Shown piece by piece: positions 8,888 to 20,268 of a stretch of DNA of 64,000 nucleotides (the first letter of the stretch is position 1; every line of letters begins with the position of its first letter). The notes beneath the pieces were generated by a model. That model saw only the letters and a list, made by a program, of their open reading frames with translations, was not told where the DNA came from and ran no database searches. Both the position numbers and the translations under genes were made by a program. Source of the stretch: Chloropicon primus (Eukaryota); NCBI GenBank assembly GCA_023205875.1, contig CP060758.1, positions 372,001-436,000 on the forward strand, written 5' to 3'.

Positions 8888-11005
8888 TCAGCCTCCCTCC
8901 CCTTGAGATTCTTCTTGCTCCTTCTTCCTGGGGAGGATGACGTTCTTGTAATATTCCCCGAGGCAGTCCTTCGAGCAGCAAGGGAGGTCGTCAGGAGACT
9001 TCATGAAGGCTCCATCAATCTTGTTGCCGCAGTTACAACAGACGAAGCAAGTGTCGTGGAAAGTCTTGCCAAGGGCATTCAGGAAAGGGCCCTTGATCGG
9101 CTTCTTGCAAAGGTCGCAAGTCTTGGAGAACAGCTTCTCGAAATCATCCTTGCAGTAAGGCTTGCCATTTTTCGAGATGAAGCCCTTGAGCGGCTTTTTG
9201 CACTCGGTGCAGACGAAGCACTTGGGGTGCCAGGAAGCATCCAGGGCGTTCACGCAGGCGCCCTCTATCGGCATTCTGCACTTCTTGCACTCCGGCAGGT
9301 TAGACTTCTTCATGCAATACTCGCAGAACAGCTTCTTCTCGTGGAAGAAGACCTTTGAGGCAAGACGCTTGTTGCACTTGGCGCACTTGAAGCAGCTCTC
9401 GTGCCACTTGAGTCCAGCGGCCTCCTCTGTGCCCTGAAGAGTCCTAATTCGATCCTTCAGGGGCTGCTTGCAGCAAGCGCACTTGGAGGCGTACAACCTG
9501 GAGTAGTCTGACACGCAATAAATTTCGGCCTCGTGCTCGCAGTACGTCCTGATCTTCCTGTTGCACTCCTTGCAAGAGAAGCAGTCGGCGTGGTAGAGAG
9601 TTCTATTTGGCCCGACAATGTACTTGCCGTCGATGTCCCTCTTACACCTGTGGCACTTCGGGTGCACCTGGAGCCTGTGTTCCGAGCAATACAGCCCGCC
9701 GTTGACCTCGTAGGCTCCGCCAGCCACGGAGGCGTTGCAGACAATACACGAGAAACAGTCCTTGTGGTAGCTTTTCTCGTTCAGATTCATGTAAGGACCA
9801 TCGATCATCTCCTCGCACTTGAAGCAAGTGATGTTCATCTTCGACGGGTTCATCTCATCTCCGAGCTCGCACTTGGCTTTCCAGCGTTCCATTTCAGCGG
9901 CCTCTTTCGAGACTCGCATGTCGTGCACCTGTTGCATGGCAAGGTGTTTCAGGAGGTCCGCGCCGTACAACCTCTTCCCGCCGCCCTTCTTTGGTGGTGC
10001 AGCCTTTGCGGCCCCTAACTGCCAACGTGAGGCAGCAGTGGCTGGCGCTGCGTTCTCCTTGGCGCCCGCAGAGTTGTCGCCACCGCCTCCTCCCGCGTTC
10101 GTGCTTGAGGCAACCTTGCCCCACAACGATGCTGCTGATTTTTGAGAGCCCCCGGATGCCTCCGCTTTCTTCGCGTCGCCCCCGTCAGCGCCTTGCGCTT
10201 CAGGAGACTTTGCTTCAACGGGTTTGACCTCAGCCTTACGATCGGGCTTGCCTTCAGTCTGAGCGCCAGGCTTTGCTTCGGCCTCATCCTTGGCTTTGTC
10301 AGCAGTCTTGCTGGTTTCGCCTCCCCCTGAACCGGTTGACTCGGCTTCATCGCTTTCCTTTGCAACTTCCACGTCCGCTTTCACGGCCCCTTCCGCTCCC
10401 TTCCCCGCGCTGCCGACAGACTCGCTCGCTTCATCCTTCTCACCCTCGCCCTTGGCCTCGCCTGCTTTTGCTCCGTCGCCACCGGATTCATCACCGAGCA
10501 TGAAGCCATCCAACTCACCGGATTCCGCCTTGTCCCCTTCACCACCCTCACCCTCCTCGCCAAGCTCAACCACTCTGCCAAAGTCATCAACACCTGTTGT
10601 GCTTTGCTTGCTGGTTGAAAAGGCACTGGCCCTCTTCTCGCCCGACTCAAAGAAGAAGCCTTCGGTTTCTCCCCTGCCGCGACCTGACTGGCCAGATACC
10701 ATGTCGACAACTTGAGTCACCTTCTCGGCCCATTCACCCGTGTCGTTGTCGAAGTCTCCCTGAAACTTGAGGTGGCACTGCTTGAGCTTCATTTCGTGGT
10801 ATCCTCGGATGTGGAACCACTTTCCTCCAGTCTGAGCCGAACTTATCTTCACACTAGTGATAAGCTCTCCTCCCTGGTCGTCATAGCATTCCAGAGTCCC
10901 CCCAGCGTCGAGAACGCAGTACCGCCTCGTCACCGACTTCACCATGCCGCCCATAAGGCTTCCCTTCTTTTTCCACAGCCATCCTTCCATCACAACCGCG
11001 CTCAT
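8888..11005 (-). CDS. PH domain + five tandem LIM domain protein
   Basis: N-terminal MEGWLWKK...RRYCVL...EWAEKV PH signature, an acidic/Ala-Gly linker, then five CxxC...HxxCFxCxxC...CxxC/D/H units. Confidence 0.85.
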   Translation of the reverse strand: MSAVVMEGWLWKKKGSLMGGMVKSVTRRYCVLDAGGTLECYDDQGGELITSVKISSAQTGGKWFHIRGYHEMKLKQCHLKFQGDFDNDTGEWAEKVTQVVDMVSGQSGRGRGETEGFFFESGEKRASAFSTSKQSTTGVDDFGRVVELGEEGEGGEGDKAESGELDGFMLGDESGGDGAKAGEAKGEGEKDEASESVGSAGKGAEGAVKADVEVAKESDEAESTGSGGGETSKTADKAKDEAEAKPGAQTEGKPDRKAEVKPVEAKSPEAQGADGGDAKKAEASGGSQKSAASLWGKVASSTNAGGGGGDNSAGAKENAAPATAASRWQLGAAKAAPPKKGGGKRLYGADLLKHLAMQQVHDMRVSKEAAEMERWKAKCELGDEMNPSKMNITCFKCEEMIDGPYMNLNEKSYHKDCFSCIVCNASVAGGAYEVNGGLYCSEHRLQVHPKCHRCKRDIDGKYIVGPNRTLYHADCFSCKECNRKIRTYCEHEAEIYCVSDYSRLYASKCACCKQPLKDRIRTLQGTEEAAGLKWHESCFKCAKCNKRLASKVFFHEKKLFCEYCMKKSNLPECKKCRMPIEGACVNALDASWHPKCFVCTECKKPLKGFISKNGKPYCKDDFEKLFSKTCDLCKKPIKGPFLNALGKTFHDTCFVCCNCGNKIDGAFMKSPDDLPCCSKDCLGEYYKNVILPRKKEQEESQGEGG

Positions 11006-11965
11006 CTTGCCTCCCTCTCTCTCTCTCCCCCCTGCTGCCTTCCCTTGGCCTCTCTGCAGCGGACTCAAGTCCTCCTCCTCGGCTCTTGCCAACTCACTCT
11101 GTGCTGCAGGACAACACAATGCAACTGGAAAACTCAAATGGTTTAAGGACCAACAAGGAGCAACCTCACCAAAGGCTCAACCTTTCTTCTTCACAGCGCA
11201 ACTCCAAGTGATGCCACCACAAGAGCGCTACGTCAACTCAATGGACAAACAATGCTGCTGCAAAATGGACAACTGGACAACGGGACCACGGTTGAAGTGA
11301 CCCACAAAGGAGCAAGCGGTTCCAACAGAACTTAAAGTGCAAGAGCAGGAGTGAAGTGGTTGCCACGCACGAGAATGATGGTGCCACCACCAGAGGCTTG
11401 CGTTACGCTTGTGTGGTGATGAAGTCCCGATGGACCCGTCACCTCGAGGCCAGCGCTTGTCCTGGATTCCTCCAGACTCGAGATGCCGATTGATGGATTT
11501 CACACTGAATTTCTGCAGAAGTTTGACCAGTCGTAAAATTCCAAGATAGAGAGAACGCAGAAAGAGGTCAGAGGCCAGGACGTTGAGCGAAAGGGGAAGC
11601 GGGGAGTGTCCAGGGGGGACTTAAGGGACATCGTGGTGCGCGGTGCGGCTCACGCTCTTTCCGTGGATACCTCGCTCGACCCATTTGAGGCCTTGGTGAC
11701 TCCACAGAGGCCAGGAGAGGGGGAGTAGTTTGGGTTGGAGAGAGAAGGCTTGAGCGAGGGGGAGGACGAGTGGTGGACGAGAGGGGGGAGGAAGGTGTGT
11801 TGAGGAAGAGGCAGAACGAAACTGCGCCTGGCGGGCATTGGATTGACCCCTGACTCGGTCGCTTGGACGACCAGGTGGAAGCGGTGAAGGCGTGAGCTCC
11901 CTCGGTGGAGTGAGAGGACACGGTTGTGTGTTCCGCGTGAGGAGGGGCTCGGGTCGGTGGACGGG

Positions 11966-12920
11966 ATGGCTGTTTGGAGCCCGCTCGATGACCTGGATGA
12001 GGCGGAGAAGAAGAAGGAGGAGAAGGTGAAGAAGCATCCCACGGTGGAAGACCTCGAGAACCATGACACCAGTATGCAGTTCCAGAACTCGAACAACTAC
12101 TCCACGATAGTCTTCTCTAACGTGGAGAACGTGGAGGAGAGCATAGGGAAGCAGATACAGTTCCCGGACCCTCAGTACTCAAGGCGGGCACAGCAAATCA
12201 GGAGGATATACCTTAATGGCAGTCCAGAGCTAAAGACTCCCAGGTCGAGCAGGCCGGTCACGGCGGCAACCACGAGCAGGCCGGTCACGGCTGCGACGAC
12301 GAGGGACATGCTGAGCACGCCGGGAGGGGACTTGAACACCGAGCTACCAGAGGAACCCCCTCTCCCCTACCAGATCTTGAAAAAGGTAAGATTACTTTGC
12401 CCAAAAACAAAACGAGCGATTCCATGATAAGCCGCGAGGAGGACAACTCTCTGGCTCTGGCATCTTTGACTATCTCTGACCCTTTCCCCAAAACGCAAAC
12501 GTCTCCCGTTCCACAGAAGCAAAAGGGGATCTACAAGCACAACAACAGGTGGAGAGCGAGGCTGTGGATACCCGAGAAGGGCGAGATATATCTTGGCCAC
12601 TACCGGTCCAAAGAGGATGCGGCCTTGGCCTTCGACAGGGCCGCGATAGCGTTGAGAACGTACGCCAAAGCCACAAAGCAAGGACTGAATTATTCCAAGG
12701 ACATCTACAAGGAGGAGTTCAGGCTGCTTGAGGTAGGTTCACCAAAAGCTTTGGGTTGACTTCATCCCAAGTCGCTGTTGGCGCTGACCCCGTGAAAATC
12801 TTCTTTTATTTCTTCAAGGACTTGGGCATAGACACGGTAGCTTGCAAGCTGCGGACGCACGCCGAGAAGGAGAACTCGTGGCAGAACATGGAGAACTACG
12901 ATCTTCCGGCAGACTCGTAG
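11966..12920 (+). CDS. Single-AP2-domain transcription factor
   Basis: Exons 11966-12385, 12517-12732 and 12819-12920 (GT-AG, all phase 0). Motif KGIYKHNNRWRARLW...EIYLGHY...AALAFDRAAI. Confidence 0.8.
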
Positions 12921-13136
12921 TCGTAGAGAGAGAGAGAGACAGACAGAGAGAGAGAGAGATGGGGTTGGGGTCGGGCTCCCGCGGGTGGTCGACGCGTTGT
13001 TGTACGATAAATAAATCTGTGTCTAGTAGAGATAAACATTAGCTCCTTAACTTGAGTTGAAGCGCATTGGTGAGGCACAAAACGATCAAAGTCGTTGTCC
13101 TTGCACCGTTACGTTCAGGTCCCCCCACTTCTCACT

Positions 13137-13282
13137 ATGGCGCACCGCGGCCGTCTTCAGAGCCTGGTGAGCGGCCAAGTGTCTCTGGAGAGAATGGCGG
13201 AGATGATGGCTCCAAAGTTGGTGGACGGAAGGTGGAGGAAGCCGGAGCTCTCACGCAGGCTGGCTGGCGACCAAGGTGAGGA
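13137..13282 (+). pseudogene. Truncated, frameshifted 5' fragment of the mL59 gene (copy 1)
   Basis: Identical to 17179 onward for ~125 nt, followed by a 4-nt duplication (ggctggctggc). Homology ends at aaggtgagga. Confidence 0.8.
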
Positions 13283-13590
13283 TGGGCGCCACTTGCTTGG
13301 AACAACTTGGGATCCTCTTTGAGAGAGGAGAGAACTTGCCTCTTCTCTCTCTCCTTTCCTTCCTCGGCCGTTACGTCTTACGTCTTATAGTGAAAGGAGC
13401 GGCCAAGGGTCTGAGAGGATTTTGCCCCATTTTGCCCCCAGAGGATTAGTATTGCCATGGTCTTTTCCGTCCGGACAAAGGTTTTGGGATCGAGACGGTG
13501 GGTGCTCACAAAACTAAGTTGACGCTGTCGACCATCACAAGGTAACATTGAGTTGTTCCAAGGTAGTCATCGAGACACGATCCCAAGAAG

Positions 13591-14877
13591 ATGGTTCGCA
13601 ACACCAGCAGAAGCTGCAAGTTTGCAGGGCGTGCAATGCACACGATTGCTTTGGCATTCTTGGCGTTACTCGCCTTGTCCTTTTCGGAGAGCGCATTCGC
13701 AACCCAAGCGGTTTGTGACTCCCTATTGCCCAATTCTGTCTTTCTTCCAGATAGTAATGGAAGTGGAAGTGGGGGATCATGCCAATGCCAAGGAGATACT
13801 AATCTTGACACCAGCCAGCAGGAGTGCGTATGCCCAGAAGGTCAAGTTTTACAGAGTGGCAGCCTCGAGAATTGTATCCCGGATCCAAACAACGTGAACG
13901 AGGGTGGGTCAAACAACGAGAGTGAGGGTGGGGCCCATGGTGAGTCCAATGACGAGAACGAGAACGAGGGTGGGGCCGAGAACGGGGACGAGTCCAACAA
14001 TGAGAACGAAAACGAGGGCGAGGACGAGTCCAACAATGAGAACGAAAACGAGGGCGAGGACGAGCCCAACAACGAGAACGAGAACGAGGGTGGGGCCGAG
14101 AACGGGGACGAGTCCAACAATGAGAACGAAAACGAGGGCGAGGACGAGTCCAACAATGAGAACGAAAACGAGGGCGAGGACGAGCCCAACAACGAGAACG
14201 AGAACGAGGGTGGGTCAAACAACGAGGGTGATGACGAGTCCAACAACGGTGGCATGCCGGAGGAGCCCAGCAAGCCCGACATCACAAAGCCAGAGTTTGG
14301 AGCGAATGAGGCTGTCGTCGTCGGAGGTACCAATGTCAAGGCCAACGGCTTGATCCAAGGTATTGGTGGCAATGCCATATCAACGATCCTGGACGGAAGA
14401 ACCGCGTCGTCGTCTCTGTCTGAGTCCGCGTCGGCCGTTCTCGGAGCTTTTGGACCAAACGCCCACGCGCACATCAGATCCCTCTCGTTCGGAGGCAGTG
14501 GCTTGGGCTTCCCTGGCTCGACCGAGTCGAACACCGAAGAGGAGGAGATGGACACTCACGGAAGCAATGTGCACACCGAGAGCGTAACGAAGCAGAACAG
14601 AGAGCACTGGGCCACCACGGGGAACTCCCATACCCTCTTCGGCGGCCGTGCCAGGGGCAGGAAGGACAACGAGGAGGAGGGCACCGAGGGCGCCCACGGT
14701 GGCGATGTTTCTCTTGTGTCTCCACAATTCAGCGGCGGCTTCTCCAGCGTCGGGTCTGGGTACGGAAAGCAGTACCACGCCTACGCCGGCCAGCTCCAGA
14801 ACCTGAGGAACAACGGGTACTCCCTCGCCGCCTCGATCCCCGTGAATGCGATCACGGGAAGCTACTACCACGGTTGA
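13591..14877 (+). CDS. Secreted Cys-motif / Asn-Glu repeat acidic protein, copy 1
   Basis: Signal peptide MHTIALAFLALLALSFSESAFA (alternative start 13636), a 6-Cys module, NENENEGEDES repeats and a Gly/Ser/His-rich C-terminus. Confidence 0.8.
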   Translation: MVRNTSRSCKFAGRAMHTIALAFLALLALSFSESAFATQAVCDSLLPNSVFLPDSNGSGSGGSCQCQGDTNLDTSQQECVCPEGQVLQSGSLENCIPDPNNVNEGGSNNESEGGAHGESNDENENEGGAENGDESNNENENEGEDESNNENENEGEDEPNNENENEGGAENGDESNNENENEGEDESNNENENEGEDEPNNENENEGGSNNEGDDESNNGGMPEEPSKPDITKPEFGANEAVVVGGTNVKANGLIQGIGGNAISTILDGRTASSSLSESASAVLGAFGPNAHAHIRSLSFGGSGLGFPGSTESNTEEEEMDTHGSNVHTESVTKQNREHWATTGNSHTLFGGRARGRKDNEEEGTEGAHGGDVSLVSPQFSGGFSSVGSGYGKQYHAYAGQLQNLRNNGYSLAASIPVNAITGSYYHG

Positions 14878-15175
14878 TTGAGGGGGGCTTGCACAACAAG
14901 TCCATAACCTTTGAAATGCATTGATGTAACCACAATGTCATCCGTTCCCTCCTTCGGGCTGTCATCGATCTCACCCATCTGTCTCCTCTCCACCACTGGA
15001 GGAGAGAAGGTGCCTCTGGTCTGCAGAGCTGATTTTCGCGAATCCATCAGAGACTGGGCTTGCTCGGTGCCGGCGGTGGCGAGAGAAGGGAGGAAGGTTG
15101 CGTGCGGGTCATTGCGGAAGTAGAGAGGAGCGTTGCGGCGTCAGGGGAGGGGAGGTGTGCACAAGTCTCGTCACT

Positions 15176-15321
15176 ATGGCGCACCGCGGCCGTCTTCAGA
15201 GCCTGGTGAGCGGCCAAGTGTCTCTGGAGAGAATGGCGGAGATGATGGCTCCAAAGTTGGTGGACGGAAGGTGGAGGAAGCCGGAGCTCTCACGCAGGCT
15301 GGCTGGCGACCAAGGTGAGGA
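15176..15321 (+). pseudogene. Truncated, frameshifted 5' fragment of the mL59 gene (copy 2)
   Basis: Same lesions as copy 1, but preceded by the same upstream sequence as the intact gene. Confidence 0.8.
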
Positions 15322-15629
15322 TGGGCGCCACTTGCTTGGAACAACTTGGGATCCTCTTTGAGAGAGGAGAGAACTTGCCTCTTCTCTCTCTCCTTTCCTT
15401 CCTCGGCCGTTACGTCTTACGTCTTATAGTGAAAGGAGCGGCCAAGGGTCTGAGAGGATTTTGCCCCATTTTGCCCCCAGAGGATTAGTATTGCCATGGT
15501 CTTTTCCGTCCGGACAAAGGTTTTGGGATCGAGACGGTGGGTGCTCACAAAACTAAGTTGACGCTGTCGACCATCACAAGGTAACATTGAGTTGTTCCAA
15601 GGTAGTCATCGAGACACGATCCCAAGAAG

Positions 15630-16880
15630 ATGGTTCGCAACACCAGCAGAAGCTGCAAGTTTGCAGGGCGTGCAATGCACACGATTGCTTTGGCATTCTT
15701 GGCGTTACTCGCCTTGTCCTTTTCGGAGAGCGCATTCGCAACCCAAGCGGTTTGTGACTCCCTATTGCCCAATTCTGTCTTTCTTCCAGATAGTAATGGA
15801 AGTGGAAGTGGGGGATCATGCCAATGCCAAGGAGATACTAATCTTGACACCAGCCAGCAGGAGTGCGTATGCCCAGAAGGTCAAGTTTTACAGAGTGGCA
15901 GCCTCGAGAATTGTATCCCGGATCCAAACAACGTGAACGAGGGTGGGTCAAACAACGAGAGTGAGGGTGGGGCCCATGGTGAGTCCAATGACGAGAACGA
16001 GAACGAGGGTGGGGCCGAGAACGGGGACGAGTCCAACAATGAGAACGAAAACGAGGGCGAGGACGAGTCCAACAATGAGAACGAAAACGAGGGCGAGGAC
16101 GAGCCCAACAACGAGAACGAGAACGAGGGTGGGGCCGAGAACGGGGACGAGTCCAACAATGAGAACGAAAACGAGGGCGAGGACGAGTCCAACAATGAGA
16201 ACGAGAACGAGGGTGGGTCAAACAACGAGGGTGATGACGAGTCCAACAACGGTGGCATGCCGGAGGAGCCCAGCAAGCCCGACATCACAAAGCCAGAGTT
16301 TGGAGCGAATGAGGCTGTCGTCGTCGGAGGTACCAATGTCAAGGCCAACGGCTTGATCCAAGGTATTGGTGGCAATGCCATATCAACGATCCTGGACGGA
16401 AGAACCGCGTCGTCGTCTCTGTCTGAGTCCGCGTCGGCCGTTCTCGGAGCTTTTGGACCAAACGCCCACGCGCACATCAGATCCCTCTCGTTCGGAGGCA
16501 GTGGCTTGGGCTTCCCTGGCTCGACCGAGTCGAACACCGAAGAGGAGGAGATGGACACTCACGGAAGCAATGTGCACACCGAGAGCGTAACGAAGCAGAA
16601 CAGAGAGCACTGGGCCACCACGGGGAACTCCCATACCCTCTTCGGCGGCCGTGCCAGGGGCAGGAAGGACAACGAGGAGGAGGGCACCGAGGGCGCCCAC
16701 GGTGGCGATGTTTCTCTTGTGTCTCCACAATTCAGCGGCGGCTTCTCCAGCGTCGGGTCTGGGTACGGAAAGCAGTACCACGCCTACGCCGGCCAGCTCC
16801 AGAACCTGAGGAACAACGGGTACTCCCTCGCCGCCTCGATCCCCGTGAATGCGATCACGGGAAGCTACTACCACGGTTGA
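15630..16880 (+). CDS. Secreted Cys-motif / Asn-Glu repeat acidic protein, copy 2
   Basis: Identical to copy 1 except for 12 fewer residues in the acidic repeat (416 vs 428 aa). Confidence 0.8.
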   Translation: MVRNTSRSCKFAGRAMHTIALAFLALLALSFSESAFATQAVCDSLLPNSVFLPDSNGSGSGGSCQCQGDTNLDTSQQECVCPEGQVLQSGSLENCIPDPNNVNEGGSNNESEGGAHGESNDENENEGGAENGDESNNENENEGEDESNNENENEGEDEPNNENENEGGAENGDESNNENENEGEDESNNENENEGGSNNEGDDESNNGGMPEEPSKPDITKPEFGANEAVVVGGTNVKANGLIQGIGGNAISTILDGRTASSSLSESASAVLGAFGPNAHAHIRSLSFGGSGLGFPGSTESNTEEEEMDTHGSNVHTESVTKQNREHWATTGNSHTLFGGRARGRKDNEEEGTEGAHGGDVSLVSPQFSGGFSSVGSGYGKQYHAYAGQLQNLRNNGYSLAASIPVNAITGSYYHG

Positions 16881-17178
16881 TTGAGGGGGGCTTCCACAAC
16901 AAGTCCATAACCTTTGAAATGCATTGATGTAACCACAATGTCATCCGTTCCCTCCTTCGGGCTGTCATCGATCTCACCCATCTGTCTCCTCTCCACCACT
17001 GGAGGAGAGAAGGTGCCTCTGGTCTGCAGAGCTGATTTTCGCGAATCCATCAGAGACTGGGCTTGCTCGGTGCCGGCGGTGGCGAGAGAAGGGAGGAAGG
17101 TTGCGTGCGGGTCATTGCGGAAGTAGAGAGGAGCGTTGCGGCGTCAGGGGAGGGGAGGTGTGCACAAGTCTCGTCACT

Positions 17179-17763
17179 ATGGCGCACCGCGGCCGTCTTC
17201 AGAGCCTGGTGAGCGGCCAAGTGTCTCTGGAGAGAATGGCGGAGATGATGGCTCCAAAGTTGGTGGACGGAAGGTGGAGGAAGCCGGAGCTCTCACGCAG
17301 GCTGGCGGCCAAGGTGAGGAAGGCGTGGCTTCAGGACGGGAAGGAGTGGCCGTTTAACACCAAGGAGAGGACAAACTACGGGGGCTGGGCGATCGAGGAC
17401 CTTCCGGCGGTCAAGCAAAAGGGAAAGAAAGTGGATAGGCAGAAGATCGATAGGTTCGTAAACAGGAACAAGGACACACAGAGAGGGAGGGAGGGAGAAA
17501 GAGAGAAGGCCGGCGTGTGTCATGCTGCATATATGCTCGAAGTGCACTAGAATCTGACCGTTTTTCTTTTTTCTTTTTTCATTGCTCTCCAACGATGCAG
17601 GCAAAAGCATATCGAGGAGAGGATGAAGGTCATGCCACAGCTTATCGAGGAGTACAGAGAGAAGTTCCGTGCTTGGCGACGTTGTGACGGCATGTCTCCG
17701 ATCGACAAGACCTTCATGACCCCTGGGCAGCTGCGGAAGAAGCAAAAGGCGCAGCAGAGCTAA
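17179..17763 (+). CDS. Mitochondrial ribosomal protein mL59 (MRPL25 family)
   Basis: Exons 17179-17453 and 17601-17763. Motifs GRWRKPELSRR, KQKGKKVDRQK and IEERMKVMPQLIEEYREK resemble mL59. Confidence 0.75.
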
Positions 17764-17882
17764 GCGGAGGTTGAAGATAAAAAATAATATTAATATTTAC
17801 GGGACCTTCTTTGTAAAAATACATTATTTGTTTTCGCCCAAAGAACCTGAGGAACCCCGGAGCACAAAACACGACGGCAAGC

Positions 17883-19400
17883 CTAGGCGAAGACCCTTGT
17901 GCCCTTCGAATAAACGTGGAAGATCGAAAGACCCACTACGTTCAAAAAGCTTGCGAACCCCAGTGCAAGCTTCCACCCCTGAATCTCCGAGGCGCCTCCT
18001 GACCTCTCCAGCAGATACCCTGTGAAGGCGACCCCAACAATCCCTGCCACGGTTCCCGCTGTGTTCGAGATGCCCATGATGACGCCAGCGAACTCTGGCG
18101 CAATGTCCATGTGGTTGACAGCGAACCCTCCTCTGGAGAATCCAAGAAACGAGAGGGAGGCCGTGACGATGAACAGGCCTTGCGCCTTTGTCTCCGCCTG
18201 GTACATGTAGAAGATGGTTATCGCGCTGAGTCCCAGGCCCGTGGAGTTGATAAGCGTCCTTGCCCACTTTGTGCTGAAGCCCAGTGCCACCAAATGTCCT
18301 CCCGCAATACCCCCAAAGTTAGAGGAGGCGAACATCATGAGGTAAGGAAGGGACTTCGCCAGCCCCAGGCCCGTGAGTGGCACCTTGATGATGCTCTCGA
18401 AGTAGGTGGGCAACCAGTTCATGATCACGTAGACAGCATAGTGGAAGACGAAGTTGTTCACAATGATGGACCAGACGGCTGTGGACCGCATGATCCGCCC
18501 CCACGGAATCTCCTGTGGCCCACTCTTTGCGCTTTTTCCTTCTTCTTCTTCTGAGATGCTCTTCTCGAGATCAGTTTCGACTGCACTTTCTTTGCTCGCG
18601 TTGCCCAAGGGGAGGGCGCCTTTCATGACGAACCACAGGAAGAGCCACGCCAGGCCGAAGCCGCCTAAGCTGGCAAGAGATATTCCAGTGCCATAGGAGC
18701 TCACAATACTCGGCATCACAATGTAGCACGTCGAGGAGCCCAAGTACATGCCAGAGGTCACAAAAGAGACGGCCTTGGACTTGTCTCCCCCCATCGCAGC
18801 AGCAAGGAGGGAGTGGATGGACGGGATCACAAACCCTTGGGAGACGCCGATGATCACCCTCACCAGCATGAGGACCGGGGTCACCTTCATGACCATGTTC
18901 TCCAGCAGGCAGAGGGAGGACCACGCGGCGAAAGCGCCTGCGAGGGTGTAGTACCCCCCCTGCTTGTGAGCAACCCAGCTCGCTGGAATCTGAGACATGG
19001 CGTAGCCCCAGAAGAAACTTGACATGACCTGATCCATCGCAGCAGGATCCGAGGAGAAGCCGGTCAGTCATGAGGTATCACACATGAGAAACACAAAGCA
19101 TTCATTCCTTTCTGTCGTCGTCGTCTGTAAAAGTCTTACCTGCCCCTTGGTGGTCTCGTCCAGACCGCTTCCGATGGTCTTCGCCGCGTGCGTGAACACG
19201 ATCGGGAAGCCCGTCCTCTCGAAGTAAAACGCAAATGTCGCGACGAAACACGAGAGCACGAGGGTCTGAATACGGGCCTTCGCGGGCTTCCCATCAACAT
19301 GCGTTGCAGCTTGTCCTGGTGGTGGCAAGAGCCCCTCAAGCTCATCCTCCGAGTAGCTCCTTCCCGCCACCGCCTTCAAGTTCGTGCGACGCATTTCCAT
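17883..19400 (-). CDS. MFS anion/phosphate transporter (PHT4 / SLC17-like)
   Basis: Exons 19400-19140 and 19028-17883. Motifs MSSFFWGY...SQIP, MNWLPTYF and NHMDIAPEFAGVIMGISNTAGT. Confidence 0.9.
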
Positions 19401-20268
19401 CAACCCAATCCTCCTCGGCCACACCGAGTGACACAACAACACAACACCTTCCCAACCAAACAAACGCGCACACACACACAAGTCAGCAAAACCATTGATG
19501 GGATGCCATCAAGCAGACCACATCCTTCTCCGTTCCTCGCCCCCTTCCCCTCCTCAAAAAAAAAAAAGGAAGGAAGGCGAAGACCAAGAGGTGCCACGAT
19601 CATCACCGACGTCGAGGATTCGATCATTGGTCCCTCCCTGCAGCGTCGCTCGCTTCACCTACCTCTCCTCTGCTGTGCCTCTGCTGTGGCGCCGATCGAT
19701 CCCTTTCAACTGGGGGAGACCGCGCGCAGATCGATCGGAGAGGTGAGTGAGTGAGTGAGTGAGTGAGTTGTGGGACCCGCGAGGGGGCGAGGAGGGAGGA
19801 AGGGACGCGGACTTGTGTCAAGCCTTCACCCCTTTCTTTTGCTCTCTCGTTTGACCCCTCCCTCACCTCGAGAGCTTCTCTGCCTGCCATGGAAGAAACG
19901 TGTCCCACGACAACGAGGACAACGAGGACGACGAGGACGAGGACGAGGAGGAGGAACGAGGAGCGAGGCCTTGGGCCGTGCGAGGGCATTGGACTGAACC
20001 TTTATCTCTCTTCTCTCTTCTCTTCTCTTCTCTCGGTGTTTTGGTTTTGGGGATGGACGAGCAACAGCAGGGAGTGAAGGGCTGGTGAAGGAAGAGGCGC
20101 GTTGAGGCGAGGTGCGGTGTCCTTCGAGTGAGGAAGGCCTCGTGGTGACGCAGACGCAGACGCGCACGCTCTTGCTCGCTCTCGCTCTCGCTTTCTCTCT
20201 GGAGGAGGCGGAGCTGGAGAGGAGAGGAGCGCGCCAAAGTGCCCTCGGGAGGAACAACGTGTCGAGCT

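Larger units (their letters stand above)
13132..17320 (+). repeat. Tandem segmental duplication, ~2.0-kb unit x2 plus a terminal partial copy
   Basis: Near-identical sequence recurs at 13132, 15171 and 17174 (periods 2039 and 2003). The units differ by a 36-nt repeat indel and at least one SNP (14891 G vs 16894 C). Confidence 0.95.

Noticed and set aside
11140..11960. Short ORFs between the PH-LIM and AP2 genes
   Set aside because: No recognisable domain; probably a divergent promoter and UTRs.
13900..14250. Regular repeats as a possible CRISPR array
   Set aside because: In-frame coding repeats without unique spacers, in a eukaryotic context with no cas genes.
19500..20260. Acidic/Arg-rich small ORFs upstream of RanBPM
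   Set aside because: Products of GAG/GAC low-complexity sequence, likely 5' UTR or promoter.
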